The notes beneath the pieces were generated by a model. That model searched no databases and had not been told where the DNA came from. It saw nothing but the letters and a program-made list of their open reading frames with translations. A stretch of DNA of 64,000 nucleotides from an uncultured Verrucomicrobiae bacterium (GTDB lineage Bacteria > Verrucomicrobiota > Verrucomicrobiia > Chthoniobacterales > JAFAMB01), in assembly GCA_963837955.1 (NCBI GenBank), contig CAWIPH010000002.1:2048001-2112000 (forward strand). Direction: 5' to 3'. This document shows, piece by piece, positions 37,853 through 49,285 of this stretch; within the stretch, counting starts at the first letter, position 1; each line of letters opens with the position of its first letter. Made by a program: the position numbers and the translations under genes.

Positions 37853-38083
37853 TGTCCCGATAGGGACAGAGTGAAAGTAGCCCAGTACGAAGTGCTGGGA
37901 AATAATGCAAAAAGAGACATCCGTCCCGGTAGGGACGATAGAAGTGTCTTGGCTCCTGGTCCTCTCGTATGCGGCTTCACCAGCGTAAGCAACCCTCGAT
38001 CGTCCCGTCCGGGACGGGTCGTTTCTTTTAACGCTACCCCACCACTTCGTGCTGGGCTACTCTCGTTGAGTCCCTCCGGGACG
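37853..38083. repeat. Composite REP (BIME-like) inverted-repeat element
   Basis: Same family as 7797 and 36523. Confidence 0.85.
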
Positions 38084-38243
38084 ACTCGTCTCGGTGCATG
38101 TCCTTCCCTCTTAGGTTGACACGCGCGGACAGGCAGCCCCGGGACCGCCGCCAAATTGGATGCGCCGCTTCGCGGCCCCCAAGGCGTTAAGCGGCGCATC
38201 GTCTCTATTTTAGAATATTGGTTTCCGTTGTTCCGGGCCTGGA

Positions 38244-38693
38244 TCAACTTGCCGCGAACTGTTTCTGAAATGCTTCAGCGCGTTTTTTGAGTTCCTCGGG
38301 GCTGACATCCTCGATGTGCGTAGCGATCCCCCAAGAATTGCCGAAAGGATCTTTTACCCCGGCCGTGCGATCTCCATAGAACATGTCTTGCGGCTCTCGC
38401 ACCGAAGATGCCCCGGCCTGGAGCGCGCGTTTGTAGGCGGCATCCACATCTTCAACGTACACATATAGCGAATTGGTCTTAACAGGCCACTCCGGCATTG
38501 GGTCCGCTAGCATGATCGTCGAATCACCGATTTCGAACTCGGCATGCATGATCCTTCCGCCGGGTCCTTCCATCCGCATGCGTTCTTTGGCACCGAAAAC
38601 TTCCTTGAGAAAAGCCACGAATTTCTGGGCGCCATCTACACAGAAGCTGGGTGTAATTGCGTGATAGCCATCTGGGATATGTTTGGTTGTCAT
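38244..38693 (-). CDS. VOC family protein (PhnB-like)
   Basis: IPDGYHAITP, IMHAEFEIGDS, YVEDVDAAY..A..AGA, DMFYGDR..GVKDPFGN.W. Confidence 0.92.
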   Translation of the reverse strand: MTTKHIPDGYHAITPSFCVDGAQKFVAFLKEVFGAKERMRMEGPGGRIMHAEFEIGDSTIMLADPMPEWPVKTNSLYVYVEDVDAAYKRALQAGASSVREPQDMFYGDRTAGVKDPFGNSWGIATHIEDVSPEELKKRAEAFQKQFAAS

Positions 38694-39306
38694 AGGACTA
38701 TTGAGTTGAGTGGGGTTTAGGATATGTTCAATCGAACATCTATGACCGTGATGGACCATTGTCAAGGATGAGAAACAAATCGGCCCTCTCGAACTCCAAC
38801 TTTTGTAGCGATCTCGCATTTTTTCGCAAATCGAGACCTCAAGTCGGTTTGAAAAACGTGTCAGCTTTAGGGATGTGTCTTGTGAATGAAATCGAGTGAT
38901 TTTACGGCGGCCTGACCGAATACGATTTTGAGGGCTTGACACCCCATCATTAGGGGTCGATCCACATCTGACAGGGTTCAGCGAGCTAGTCTGTTTTTAG
39001 CTAGTCTGTTTTGAGTGCGGGTGCGGTCCTCAAAAAAGCGAGTGGCGTTCATTGAATCAACGGAGCCGCGATGATCGAATTCACGGAGAGGCTGTCGGGG
39101 TCTGGCTTGACACCGCGTTGGCGCCTCGAGCTGACGCGACAGGAGATCCGTTGGCAGGATTTGTTGATCGGTGTGTTCCTTAGAACAGAGTTTTCATTCC
39201 GATGCTGCTCCTGGGCGTTGTTTGCAAATCGCGCCCATTCTCAACGCTGCGGTCATCTCGGGGGTGTAATGTTCTGAATCCGTCCTCTTCGGGCGGGAGG
39301 TGAGAC

Positions 39307-41196
39307 ATGCCGACGATCAACCACCTACCGCAGTTGGATCAGCCCACGAGCGACTTCTTAGCCAACCTCTGTCACGAGCTACGCACCTCGTTGGCGCTGA
39401 TACTCGGCCCCGTGGAATCTATTCTCGCTGGCGGGGACAATCTGACCGACCTGCAGTGCCGCGACCTTGCGGCCATTCAGGGCAATGCCGCGACCTTGCT
39501 CAAGCACGTCAACGACCTCTTCGAACTGGCGAAGCTGGATAGCGTTGCGGTAGAAGGAGCCGTTCATGAGCTGCAGCCAGTCGCAATGGACTCTGCGGAA
39601 GATGTGGGATCGCCGGATCGGCCACTCGTACTTGTGGCCGAAGACGATGCCGAAATGCGGCGTTTCATGATCGACGTGCTCGGTGACGAGTACCGTATCG
39701 CGGCGGCCGTCGACGGGGTACAAGCATTGGCGAACGCGCTGGCCGAACCGCCAGACCTTGTCATCTCGGACCTGATGATGCCGGGGGGCGACCAGTTGGT
39801 TAGCGCGATGCGGGCGTGTCCGCTTTTGGCGAATGTGCCAGTCCTGGTGCTATCGGTGAAGGCAGACGAAGTGCTCCGGCTGAAGCTCCTAGCCAAATCG
39901 ATTCAGGACTACGTCACTAAACCGTTCTCCGCCAACGAACTGCGAGCGCGGGTCCGAAATCTTGTGATGATGAAGCGCAAACGAGAAGCGCTCCAGCAGG
40001 AGCTTGCCACGCAGAACGAAGACCTTTCCCAGATGAGCGCAGAGCTCATGGCCAGCCGAAAGGCGCTGGAGCGGAGTGTTGAGGCGCAGCGCGGATCTGA
40101 GCGACTGTGGCGCGTGGTCTATGAAAACTCGGCGGTTGGCATCGGGTTGACTGACGTAAGCGGAAAGTTCGTGGCGGCAAACCCGGTCTTGCAAAGAATG
40201 CTCGGGTACGCAGAGGGCGAGTTGCGGAACATTTCTCTGATGGAGATCACGCCGGAGGGAGATCGTGAGGCTACCCGATCGCGTATAGCCCTACTGCTCG
40301 ATGGCCGTCTTTCAGAATACCACTTGGAGCAGCAGTACCTCCGCAAGGATGGAAGCGTTGTTTGGGCAAACGCGAGCATGTCGGCTATTCCGGGCGTTGA
40401 AAGCGCGGCTCCTATGTTCGTCAAAATCATGGAAGACATTACTGAGCGCAAGAGCGCGGAAGATCGGCTTTTGAAGGCACAGACGGAACTGGCTCATGCT
40501 ACGCGAGTGACGATGATAGGAGAACTGGCGGCCTCGATTGCTCACGAGGTAAACCAGCCGCTCGGAGCAATCGTTAACAACGGAAACGTCTGCCTGCGAC
40601 TTGTGGCTGGGATACCCAGTGTTCAAAACGAAATGCGAGAGGTTTTATCGGACATTGTTAACGACGCCAATCGCACGAGCGCCATCATTGCGCAGGTCCG
40701 GGCACTGGCGAAAAAATCCACCCCCCCGAAAACTGCGTTACATCTCAACGATGTGATTGCCGATGTTCTGGCTCTAGCTCATCGGGAGCTAGTCGAACGC
40801 AAGATAACGGTACGAACCGAAGTTGCGGAAGACCTGCCTGACGTACCGGGAGATCGCGTCCAATTCCAACAGGTCTTGTTGAATTTGGTGATGAATGGCA
40901 TCGACGCGATGAACGCCGTGGAAGAACGGCGCCGAGTCATTACCATTCTGGGACAGCGCGATGAGTTGAAGGGCAAGCCTGCAGTGTTAATTGCGGTGCA
41001 GGACCTCGGTAAAGGTTTCGGGGCGCAGGATCCAGATCGGCTTTTCGAACCGTTCTATACGACCAAAGCGCACGGCATGGGAATGGGGTTGCGAATCAGT
41101 CGTTCCATCGTCGAAGCCCATGGCGGGCGACTGTGGGCGAAACCCAATTCCGGCCTGGGCGCTACATTTCTGTGCGCCCTGCCCGTCGAATCCTAA
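39307..41196 (+). CDS. Hybrid sensor kinase HisKA(truncated)-REC-PAS-HisKA-HATPase (TodS/StyS-like)
   Basis: CHELRT, receiver (EDD, SDLMMP, KPF), [30 protein letters not shown]. Confidence 0.88.
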   Translation: MPTINHLPQLDQPTSDFLANLCHELRTSLALILGPVESILAGGDNLTDLQCRDLAAIQGNAATLLKHVNDLFELAKLDSVAVEGAVHELQPVAMDSAEDVGSPDRPLVLVAEDDAEMRRFMIDVLGDEYRIAAAVDGVQALANALAEPPDLVISDLMMPGGDQLVSAMRACPLLANVPVLVLSVKADEVLRLKLLAKSIQDYVTKPFSANELRARVRNLVMMKRKREALQQELATQNEDLSQMSAELMASRKALERSVEAQRGSERLWRVVYENSAVGIGLTDVSGKFVAANPVLQRMLGYAEGELRNISLMEITPEGDREATRSRIALLLDGRLSEYHLEQQYLRKDGSVVWANASMSAIPGVESAAPMFVKIMEDITERKSAEDRLLKAQTELAHATRVTMIGELAASIAHEVNQPLGAIVNNGNVCLRLVAGIPSVQNEMREVLSDIVNDANRTSAIIAQVRALAKKSTPPKTALHLNDVIADVLALAHRELVERKITVRTEVAEDLPDVPGDRVQFQQVLLNLVMNGIDAMNAVEERRRVITILGQRDELKGKPAVLIAVQDLGKGFGAQDPDRLFEPFYTTKAHGMGMGLRISRSIVEAHGGRLWAKPNSGLGATFLCALPVES

Positions 41197-41197
41197 C

Positions 41198-41815
41198 GTG
41201 GCTGAGACGGATTCCATTGTAATCGTCATCGACGACGATCCGTCATTTTGCCGATCCACCGAGCGCCTGATTCGGTCGGTTGGATATGCGGTCCAGACTT
41301 TCGGGACGGCGACGGAATTTTTGCGTGGCCGGCCTCCGGATGCACCCGCTTGCATGGTGCTCGATGTACGTTTGCCCGGTTTGAGTGGTCTCGATTTACA
41401 GGAGGAGTTGGCCAAAGTCGGCCTTCAGATACCGATCATCTTCATCACCGGGCACGGTGATATCCCAATGTCGGTGCGGGCGATGAAAGCCGGCGCGGCT
41501 GAGTTCCTCACCAAACCCTTCCGCCAGCAGGACCTGCTAGATGCGATCCAGCAGGCCGTTGCGCGCAACCGCGCCGCGCGCCAGCTGCAGGCCAAGCTCA
41601 CCCAGTTGCGCGCGTGTTATGAATCGCTGACTGCACGAGAGCGGGAGGTAATGGCGTGTGTCGTTTCCGGGATGCTCAACAAGCAGATAGCTGGCAAACT
41701 GAGAGCCGCCGAGAAAACCGTCAAATTTCATCGGGCTCATGTCATGCAAAAGATGCAAGCAGAGTCCTTGGCTGATCTGGTCCGTATGGCCGAGCATTTG
41801 GGAATACAGGACTGA
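41198..41815 (+). CDS. FixJ/NodW (TodT-like) response regulator
   Basis: [37 protein letters not shown]...TVKFHR. GTG start at 41198. Confidence 0.93.
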   Translation: MAETDSIVIVIDDDPSFCRSTERLIRSVGYAVQTFGTATEFLRGRPPDAPACMVLDVRLPGLSGLDLQEELAKVGLQIPIIFITGHGDIPMSVRAMKAGAAEFLTKPFRQQDLLDAIQQAVARNRAARQLQAKLTQLRACYESLTAREREVMACVVSGMLNKQIAGKLRAAEKTVKFHRAHVMQKMQAESLADLVRMAEHLGIQD

Positions 41816-41838
41816 ACGGGGCTATCGTCGTAATCTTC

Positions 41839-41854
41839 CTGGCCCAAGGTCCAG
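41839..41854. promoter_or_regulatory. Putative FixJ-type response regulator box CTGGCC-CAAG-GTCCAG
   Basis: 6-4-6 imperfect palindrome; similar ATGGAC-CATT-GTCAAG at 38751-38766. Confidence 0.4.
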
Positions 41855-41892
41855 TAGAATTCTAGGCGCCTCGAGTCTTAATTTACGGCGGT

Positions 41893-42285
41893 GTGGAAAC
41901 TGGATGGTACGCGGCTGAAGCTCCCGTCATCTCGGTCGTAGATGACGACCTCTCTATGCGCAACTCGACGCGAAGGCTAATTCGCTCGTTCGGCTTCAGA
42001 GCCGAGGCTTTCGCTTCGCCCCAGGAATTTCTAGAGTCGGGCCGCGTCAAGGACACTGCATGCCTCGTCCTCGACGTGCGGATGCCGGGTATGGATGGCT
42101 TGGAGCTACAATATCTGCTCGCATCTAAAAACCATCTGGTTCCGATTATCTTTGTTACTGCACACGCAAATGACGAGGAGGAGAGACAGGCAAGGGAAGC
42201 CGGTGCGGCAGATTTCTTGCGGAAGCCCGTCAGCGAACAAGCATTAATCAGCGCAATCCAAGCGGCAATACAACCAATGTCGTGA
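41893..42285 (+). CDS. Single-domain response regulator (receiver)
   Basis: VVDDD, CLVLDVRMPGMDG, FVTAH, FLRKP. Confidence 0.9.
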   Translation: METGWYAAEAPVISVVDDDLSMRNSTRRLIRSFGFRAEAFASPQEFLESGRVKDTACLVLDVRMPGMDGLELQYLLASKNHLVPIIFVTAHANDEEERQAREAGAADFLRKPVSEQALISAIQAAIQPMS

Positions 42286-42424
42286 AGAGAGGCGAACGCC
42301 AGAATCCTGAATGAAACGGATCGATCTCCCTATAAAGATCATGCCGAAACTCACCACGAGATGTTTGTAAAACCGGCTGAGACACAGCTGCGAGTCACTT
42401 TATCAACCAAGAAAGGAAAGCCTC

Positions 42425-43312
42425 ATGATCCAGGAATCGGAAATTATCCATCAGCTGTCTCGACTAGCCGTATACCAAAATTTTGAACGAGCCTTTTGTG
42501 AAGTGACAGGATTGTCTGTCCGGTTAAGGCCGCTAGGAATATGGAACTTAGCTTGCGCCGCTCTGCACCAAGAGCCGCAGTTTTTCAATGTGACGGTAGT
42601 GCCTGTACGCCTCGGCGAGAAGATTATTGGAGTGCTGCAAACTGGTCGAGTCGCTGTTGGGGTGCCAATGGCCGAACAGTTTGCCGGGCAGGACAAACAA
42701 ACTTCAGAGACGACGGCACGCAGGAGGCCGAATGAAATTGGTAACGGGCATCTTCCTGTTTTTTCGCGGTCCCGCTACGAGGCGATGGTGCACCTGCTGC
42801 AAATATTTGCGGAACAGCTCTCATTTTTCGCTAATCAGATCGTAATGAAGTTGGATGAAAGAGAACCGTACCGGGTACGCCTGGCCCGAGCGTTCATATC
42901 CAACCATCAGGCCGACAATATCAATTTAGCCGACGTCGCGCGGGCGAGTCATGTCAGCACTTTTCACCTCTGCAAAATCTTCAAAAGGGCGACAGGTCTT
43001 ACTTTTATTGAGTATCGCAATCGGCTGAGAATTGAATCAGCCAAAGAATTGCTTTTGAACCCGAATCTTAATATCAGCGAGGTTGCCTACAGCGTGGGTT
43101 TTCAATCGTTAACCCAATTCAATCGACTCTTTCGGAGGGTGGTGGGGAGGGCGCCTACTGGCTTTAGATCTAATTTGACGGAACAGAATACGCCCAGGCG
43201 GTCCGACGAAAATTGCCTTCCGGACTCAGGCCGCAACCGAAGACGAGCGCAAATTCAGCAAAGCCTTGGCCAAGATCGGCGGAGCGGCTTTGGCGCCTTC
43301 GCTTATCGTTAA
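42425..43312 (+). CDS. AraC family regulator with shortened PocR-like N-terminal domain
   Basis: AF...TGL and VPV.LG...IG.L..G; C-terminal AraC HTH (FKRATG, ISEVAYSVGFQSLTQFNRLF). Confidence 0.88.
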   Translation: MIQESEIIHQLSRLAVYQNFERAFCEVTGLSVRLRPLGIWNLACAALHQEPQFFNVTVVPVRLGEKIIGVLQTGRVAVGVPMAEQFAGQDKQTSETTARRRPNEIGNGHLPVFSRSRYEAMVHLLQIFAEQLSFFANQIVMKLDEREPYRVRLARAFISNHQADNINLADVARASHVSTFHLCKIFKRATGLTFIEYRNRLRIESAKELLLNPNLNISEVAYSVGFQSLTQFNRLFRRVVGRAPTGFRSNLTEQNTPRRSDENCLPDSGRNRRRAQIQQSLGQDRRSGFGAFAYR

Positions 43313-43442
43313 CCCTGAAACTCGCTGCTCTCACCGAGGAGAGCATTGCAACGGGCTTCTGTATGCGGACGCACTTGGTATCAGCGGGAGCCAAGTTCCG
43401 GACCGGAAAGAGGAAAAGATCCTGCTGCAACAAGAATTGAAA

Positions 43443-43925
43443 ATGAATACACTAGTAAAGTTGAATCCTTTCAGGGGTTCTTCCCTGTGGGATCCCATCC
43501 GCGAAATGGAGGACATGCAGAATAGAGCGGCTTCGGTCTTGGGTCGGAGAGTAGCTCTAAGGAAAGAGGAGGATGAAGAGGGATTCACGCTGACAGAGTG
43601 GCTCCCTCCGGTGGATATCGCCGAGGACGAGAAAGAGTACACGCTCAAAGTGGAATTGCCCGGAGTTAAAAGAGAGGACGTACGGGTGAGTGTCGAAGGA
43701 GGCGTACTATCTCTAACCGGGGAACGAAAGGTGGAGAAGGAGGAGAAAAACAAGAAACACCATCGCATGGAGCGTATCTATGGAAGTTTCGTCCGGACTT
43801 TCACGCTTCCGGAAGGTGCGGCGCCCGATAAGATCAGTGCCGAATTTAAGGATGGAGTGCTGATTGTGCATCTTCCGAAGGACGAAAAGGCTAAACCAAA
43901 ATCTATCGAGGTAAAGGTTAGCTAG
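43443..43925 (+). CDS. Hsp20/alpha-crystallin small heat-shock protein
   Basis: PPVDIAE, ELPGV, ERIYGSFVRTFTLP, A.FKDGVL, IEV. Confidence 0.95.
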   Translation: MNTLVKLNPFRGSSLWDPIREMEDMQNRAASVLGRRVALRKEEDEEGFTLTEWLPPVDIAEDEKEYTLKVELPGVKREDVRVSVEGGVLSLTGERKVEKEEKNKKHHRMERIYGSFVRTFTLPEGAAPDKISAEFKDGVLIVHLPKDEKAKPKSIEVKVS

Positions 43926-44216
43926 TGGATCTTGGGAGGGCGAGCACCAGACAGCGCGTTGCCTTCCGTGAGGGGAATCCTATTCTTGCGCACAGGAATG
44001 GCGTGACATCGAGCATTCCCAGGAAAGATTTCCCCCGCGGAAAATGAGTCGTGGTAACTGCGGTCAGGAAGCGGGTCGGGAGAAAAGTTGAATTGCGGCG
44101 GTCGATCTAGAGATTTCGCGAGAACGCTTAATCGTTTTCCGCGTTTGGGTCGGCAGGCGCCGTTGGGCTCGACCATCATTTCAGCGTCATGGCCGGTATG
44201 AAATTACTACGTTTAT

Positions 44217-45146
44217 ATGCGCAAATTGGGCAACGTGCTGAATCTAACTAAAAGAGAAGTAATTATTCATTCCGCCCGCGACTTCTCGAGTCAGTCAGGG
44301 GACCAGTCATTATTGGACTCTTTACGGTCGAACAATGGCCAATACTTTGACGGTGTCTCATTTCCTTCGGGGAAGAGGTTCGATACCCTGATCCACAACC
44401 CGCTCGATTTTGCCGACGCCTTTAGCTCTGAAGAAGAGGAGTTAGCGCGCACTTTGCAGCATCACGCGACGGCTGCGCTGCGGCTAACCAGACTGGTCGG
44501 AGAAGCCGAGAAAGCTGCGATTTCCGCAGAGCGCTCCCGGATAGCTCATGACCTCCACGATTCGGTTACGCAGTGCCTTACCGGCATCTACACTCAGCTC
44601 GAAGCTGCTGCGCAACTCCGCCAGGCAAACCCGGACCTGGCGGATTCGTGTGTCTACAAGGCGAAAGTGCTTTCTCACAAAGGTCTGCAAGAGATACGAC
44701 GCTTAGTCACGGCGCTCCAGCCTGACGCAGCCCAATACGTCGATCTGGCTGAAAATCTTCGAGAATTAGCACACGAGTCTTCCTGTGAAGCCGGCACTCG
44801 GGTGCGATGCAATCTGCGGCCAACAGTCCGTCTCGTCCCTCCCGATATCGGGTATCATCTAGTCCAGATTGCCCGAGAAGCCGTTGGAAATGCGCTGCGA
44901 TACGCCCACGCCAAAAGTGTTGTTTTGGAGCTACGATTTACAGATGCAAGAGTTGACCTTTCCATCGAAGACGATGGGGTTGGCTTTCGGCTCGATAGTC
45001 CGACAGCCTTTAACGGCTTTGGATTGAATGCTATGAGACAGCGCGCGAATAGAATACAAGGGGGGTTTAGTCTTCGAACTTCTCCGGGCACTGGAACCTC
45101 GGTTCAAATATCTGCTCGCTGCCCTGCTTGGGGCCGAGCGGCATGA
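44217..45146 (+). CDS. NarX-like histidine kinase (HisKA_3 + HATPase), sensor region reduced
   Basis: ERSRIAHDLHDSVTQ, EAVGNALRYA, DDGVGF, GFGL..MRQRA. Confidence 0.85.
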   Translation: MRKLGNVLNLTKREVIIHSARDFSSQSGDQSLLDSLRSNNGQYFDGVSFPSGKRFDTLIHNPLDFADAFSSEEEELARTLQHHATAALRLTRLVGEAEKAAISAERSRIAHDLHDSVTQCLTGIYTQLEAAAQLRQANPDLADSCVYKAKVLSHKGLQEIRRLVTALQPDAAQYVDLAENLRELAHESSCEAGTRVRCNLRPTVRLVPPDIGYHLVQIAREAVGNALRYAHAKSVVLELRFTDARVDLSIEDDGVGFRLDSPTAFNGFGLNAMRQRANRIQGGFSLRTSPGTGTSVQISARCPAWGRAA

Positions 45147-45772
45147 AGCGATCAACAAAGCTTCGTCTTATTCTGGCAGACGACCATTCGGTCCTTCGGG
45201 AGGGATTGTCGCTGATCTTCGACGCGTCGGCCGATTTGACGGTCGTCGCCCAAGCTTCTACTGGCGAAGAAGCTTTCCAGCTTTTTTTAGAACATGAGCC
45301 AGATGTGCTTGTTCTCGATCTTCAGATGCCCGGCGAAGGGGGCGTCAACACAGTAAAGCGACTCCTGAAAAAGCGGCCCCACGCCAAGATTCTGATTCTA
45401 ACAGCTTATGATACGGACGAAGATATTTATCGCTCGATGCATGCCGGTGCGAGCGGCTATGTTCTCAAGGACACGCCGCGGGAAGAGCTTATTCAGGCCA
45501 TTCGAACGATTGCTTCAGGCCAACGATATGTGGGTCGAACCACTGGTGCTAAGCTGGCCAGCCGAATTGGCGCCCCCGAACTAACTGATCGCGAGCTTTC
45601 GGTCCTGCAGTGTGTGGCCGCAGGCCAAGCAAACAAGGAAATTGCCGACAAACTGAGCATCAGCGAGGGCACGGTGAAAAGTCACGTGAATAGCATCATG
45701 CAGAAATTGGGCGCCCTGAGTAGAACCGACGCCGCGATCACCGCGCTGCGAAAAGGTCTCATCAAAATCTAG
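45143..45772 (+). CDS. NarL/LuxR family response regulator
   Basis: ADDH, LDLQMP, LTDRE...NKEIA..L.ISEGTVKSH. Confidence 0.95.
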   Translation: MKRSTKLRLILADDHSVLREGLSLIFDASADLTVVAQASTGEEAFQLFLEHEPDVLVLDLQMPGEGGVNTVKRLLKKRPHAKILILTAYDTDEDIYRSMHAGASGYVLKDTPREELIQAIRTIASGQRYVGRTTGAKLASRIGAPELTDRELSVLQCVAAGQANKEIADKLSISEGTVKSHVNSIMQKLGALSRTDAAITALRKGLIKI

Positions 45773-45823
45773 CCGAAGGATCAGCGGGGCTGACCAGGCT
45801 AAAGAAAGAAAACGAACTAACAA

Positions 45824-46687
45824 ATGCAAGCGAGAATGGAGTATCGCCAATTTGGTCCAACCAAACGCAAGGTCGCCGTAATCGGTCAAGGAACTTGGTA
45901 CATTGAGAACAACCACGGCGGTGTCGCGACCGCCATTGCTGCTTTGCAGCGCGGTATCGATCTTGGCATGACCCATATTGACACGGCCGAAATGTACGGA
46001 TCGGGTGCCGCCGAGGAGGTGGTTGCCGCCGCAATTGCCGGACGACGGGACGAGGTATTCCTGGTCTCGAAGGTCCTTCCTCAGAACGCCTCTCGCAAAG
46101 GCACGCTCGCGGCCTGCGAGAATTCAATCGCCCGCCTAAATACCGACCGGTTGGACTGCTACCTGCTGCACTGGCGCGGACAAGTGCCACTGCCGGAGAC
46201 GATCGCGGCATTCGAACAACTTAAGCGGGAGGGGAAAATACTTTCTTGGGGCGTAAGCAACTTCGATGTACCTGACCTGGAAGAGGTTCATGAGATTGCT
46301 GGCCCGGGTGCCTTAGCCTGTAACCAAGTTCTTTACCATTTGAGAGAGCGAGCGATAGAACATGCCGTGCTGCCATGGTGCGAAAAGCAGGGCGTGGCTG
46401 TTGTGGCGTATAGCCCGTTCGGGCATGGGCGCTTTCCCGGTCCGAATACCTCCGGGGGTCGTGTGCTCAAGCAAATTGCCGCCGCGCATGACGCGACACC
46501 TCGCCAGATTGCGCTTCGGTTTTTGGTGAGAAGGCCGTCCCTCTTTGCCATTCCTAAGGCCGGGAGTATCGAGCACGTCGCTGAAAATGCCGGGGCTGGG
46601 AAGATTCAACTGACCGAAGCAGAGATTGCCCAGATCGAAGAGGCTTTTCCGTTGGGTGCGCGCCCCGCCTATCTTCCGATGCTGTAG
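45824..46687 (+). CDS. Aldo/keto reductase
   Basis: GQGTW, DTAEMYG, LVSKV, YLLHW, GVSNF, NQVLY, AYSP, IPK. Confidence 0.95.
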   Translation: MQARMEYRQFGPTKRKVAVIGQGTWYIENNHGGVATAIAALQRGIDLGMTHIDTAEMYGSGAAEEVVAAAIAGRRDEVFLVSKVLPQNASRKGTLAACENSIARLNTDRLDCYLLHWRGQVPLPETIAAFEQLKREGKILSWGVSNFDVPDLEEVHEIAGPGALACNQVLYHLRERAIEHAVLPWCEKQGVAVVAYSPFGHGRFPGPNTSGGRVLKQIAAAHDATPRQIALRFLVRRPSLFAIPKAGSIEHVAENAGAGKIQLTEAEIAQIEEAFPLGARPAYLPML

Positions 46688-46689
46688 GC

Positions 46690-46905
46690 CTAACCGGAGC
46701 CACCGGCCTTCCAATTTCGCTCTCGTGGCTTCGTATCATTCCAGACCAAATCAACCCAAGCCAAAGCCATTGCCGTCGATAGCGCGGCTTGTTGAATCCC
46801 GCTGGAACCGGTGGTCTTTTCCAGTTGACGCAGTTCCTCGTGAATCGCTTGTAGCCTTTGGGCGATGCTTATCAGAGTCGCCTGATCTTTTTCGGTCATT
46901 TGCAT
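46690..46905 (-). CDS. Small hypothetical protein
   Basis: Helical ORF MQMTEKDQATLISIAQRLQAIHEEL... Confidence 0.45.
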   Translation of the reverse strand: MQMTEKDQATLISIAQRLQAIHEELRQLEKTTGSSGIQQAALSTAMALAWVDLVWNDTKPRERNWKAGGSG

Positions 46906-47308
46906 CTCTGGCTTAGCTGAACCTGGCGGTTCTAATAACAGTGTACGGTGAGACGGAGCGAAGCCTTCAACTATTCGCAGAAAGTTAAGTTGATACATTT
47001 TGGAAAGGATGCTGCGCTGACTAAGAGAGAACGCTGAGCGGTAACGGTTCTGCGCTCTCAGCGATGTTCCGTCAGCGGTTGGATCGTTGCCTTAGGTGTA
47101 CTCATTTGTGAAAATTTCTTCACTAACCAAACTGCTGGCACAGCGCGGCCAAACCAGAGGACAAAGGTGAGATCTTCTCGTCCGTCGAAAGATCGATATT
47201 AATCTAAACTTTAATTGTCACGGCGGTTGGGTGAGGCTCGCTATGTTACTAACAGGAAAGCAACAGGAGTGCCTGTCAGTTAGTATTCAGAAAGGACCAA
47301 TACAGCTA

Positions 47309-47965
47309 ATGCAAACGAGGGGTGATGATTCTATACATGAAGATGTGCTCTTTGAGCTTAAATGGGACCCAAAAATAAGCGCGAGTAGCGACATCGCCGT
47401 AGCCGTGAAGGAAGGCGTAGTGACGCTGTCCGGATTCGTTCGAAGCTATTGGGACAAAGATGCGGCCGAGGAAGCGGCCAAGCGCGTCTACGGAGTGCGC
47501 GGAGTCGCCAATGATATCGAAGTCAAACTGACCGAGACGCGGACCGATCCGGAGGTAGCGCGGGATGCTGTGCACGAGCTTGAGAGCCATATCAGTATCC
47601 CTGCCGACAAGATTAAGGTAACCGTAAAGAACGGTTGGGTAACATTGGAAGGTACGGTGGATTGGCAATATCAGAAGAGCTTGGCGGAGTCCGCCGTCAA
47701 GAAACTGAGAGGGGTAGTCGGCATCAAGAACAACCTAATAGTGAAACCTAAGGTCACCCCCCAAGAGGTAAAGGCCAAAATCGAAGAGGCCTTGCGGAGA
47801 AGCGCGGAGCTCGACGCTCGGCGTATCAGGGTGGAGATCGATGGAACAACCGTAAAACTCTACGGCAGCGTGCGCTCCTGGGCAGAGAGAGAAGAGGCCG
47901 AGCGGGCGGCGTGGTCTGCACCTGGAACCGCCAACGTCGAAAACCACCTCACTATAGAACCATAA
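47309..47965 (+). CDS. Triple BON-domain (OsmY-like) protein
   Basis: [33 protein letters not shown]. Confidence 0.93.
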   Translation: MQTRGDDSIHEDVLFELKWDPKISASSDIAVAVKEGVVTLSGFVRSYWDKDAAEEAAKRVYGVRGVANDIEVKLTETRTDPEVARDAVHELESHISIPADKIKVTVKNGWVTLEGTVDWQYQKSLAESAVKKLRGVVGIKNNLIVKPKVTPQEVKAKIEEALRRSAELDARRIRVEIDGTTVKLYGSVRSWAEREEAERAAWSAPGTANVENHLTIEP

Positions 47966-47983
47966 AAGCGTCGTCTGAATACG

Positions 47984-48037
47984 CACGGTTTGGCTAGCTT
48001 CTTACCCGGACTGAGCGCCAAACCGTGTCCTTTTTTC
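47984..48037 (+). terminator. Putative terminator after the BON gene
   Basis: CACGGTTTGGC...GCCAAACCGTG stem followed by a T-run. Confidence 0.5.
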
Positions 48038-48080
48038 TTCATCGCGATTTCAGCATCGAACCCCAGTCTCTCGTGCGATT

Positions 48081-49285
48081 ATGTCTTCGGCAATGACCAC
48101 AGCGAGGCGTGCCGCGAATCCGCCGCAGAAGAGCGAGGAATGCCGCAATCTGTTTAGCCCGATCAAACTCGGCAGTTTGAATCTCAAGAATCGTACTTTC
48201 ATGGCGCCCCTTACGCGCAGCCGTGCCGGAAAGGGTAATGCGCCGCAGGCATTGAACGCCATCTATTATGCTCAGCGCGTGGACGCCGGTTTGATCATTA
48301 CAGAAGCGACGCAGCTTTCGGTGACGGCGCAGGGTTATATCTCAACCCCTGGTATTCATACGCCGGAACAGGTGGAAGGTTGGAAGACCGTCGTGAAGGC
48401 CGTGCACGTTGCCGGTGGCCGCATTTTCGTACAGCTTTGGCATGTCGGTCGAATCTCGCACCCGTCGTTCCAGCCGGGCGGCGGCCTCCCGATCGCTCCA
48501 TCAGCCATCAGAGCGGAGGGCCAAACGTACACCGCCGAAGGTTTCAAGCCGTTGGTTACGCCTCGGGCGTTGGAGACAAAGGAGATCCCAGGTGTCGTTG
48601 CTGATTTCCGCCAAGCCGCTCTGAACGCCGACGAAGCCGGTTCGACGGTGTCGAATTGCATGGAGCCAACGGTTATCTGATCGACCAATTTCTGCGCGAC
48701 AAGACGAACAAGCGCACCGACCAATATGGCGGTAGCATCGAAAACCGCAGTCGCTTCCTCCTGGAGGTCGTCGATTCGGTTGTCGATGCGCTCGGTGCGG
48801 ATCGTACCGCCTTGCGGATATCACCGCAAAACACCTTTAACGATATCGATGATAGTAACCCCCGGGCGCTTTTTAATTACGTCGCGAAAAGCCTATCCGG
48901 AAAGGGTCTGGCCTATCTGCACGTCGTTGAGGGCGATCTCACGGGAAAGCCGGTGGGAAGATTCGAGTACCCAACCATCAAGAACCTTTTTGGCGGCCCT
49001 TACATCGCTAACAACGGTTACGACAAGCCCCGGGCGCAGACGGCGATCGCTGAAGGAAAGGCCGACGCAGTGGCATTCGGTAAGCCGTTTATTGCCAACC
49101 CGGATTTGACGACCCGTTTCCTACTGAATGCGCCGCTCACGCCGATTGATCAAGCCACATTGTATGGCGGCAATGAGAAGGGCTACACCGACTACCCTTT
49201 TCTGACTACGGTCCCGGATTCCTCGTCATTAGCCAACATGAATCGGATGGACAGTTGCCCGACTGAATTGTCCGAGCAGGTGTAA
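48081..49285 (+). pseudogene. nemA: Old yellow enzyme / alkene reductase (NemA-like), frameshifted at ~48641
   Basis: MAPLTRSRA and QLWHVGR in one frame; HGANGYLIDQFL and FIANPDL in another. AGFDGVELH is broken by a missing T. Confidence 0.85.

Noticed and set aside
36338..38247. ORFs 36338-36769, 37723-38247, 37871-38119 (also 7884-8228, 12421-12723, 55699-55977)
   Set aside because: They are translations of REP/palindromic repeat DNA or antisense shadows.
38985..39012. GCTAGTCTGTTTT tandem duplication
   Set aside because: Only two copies, with no support for function.
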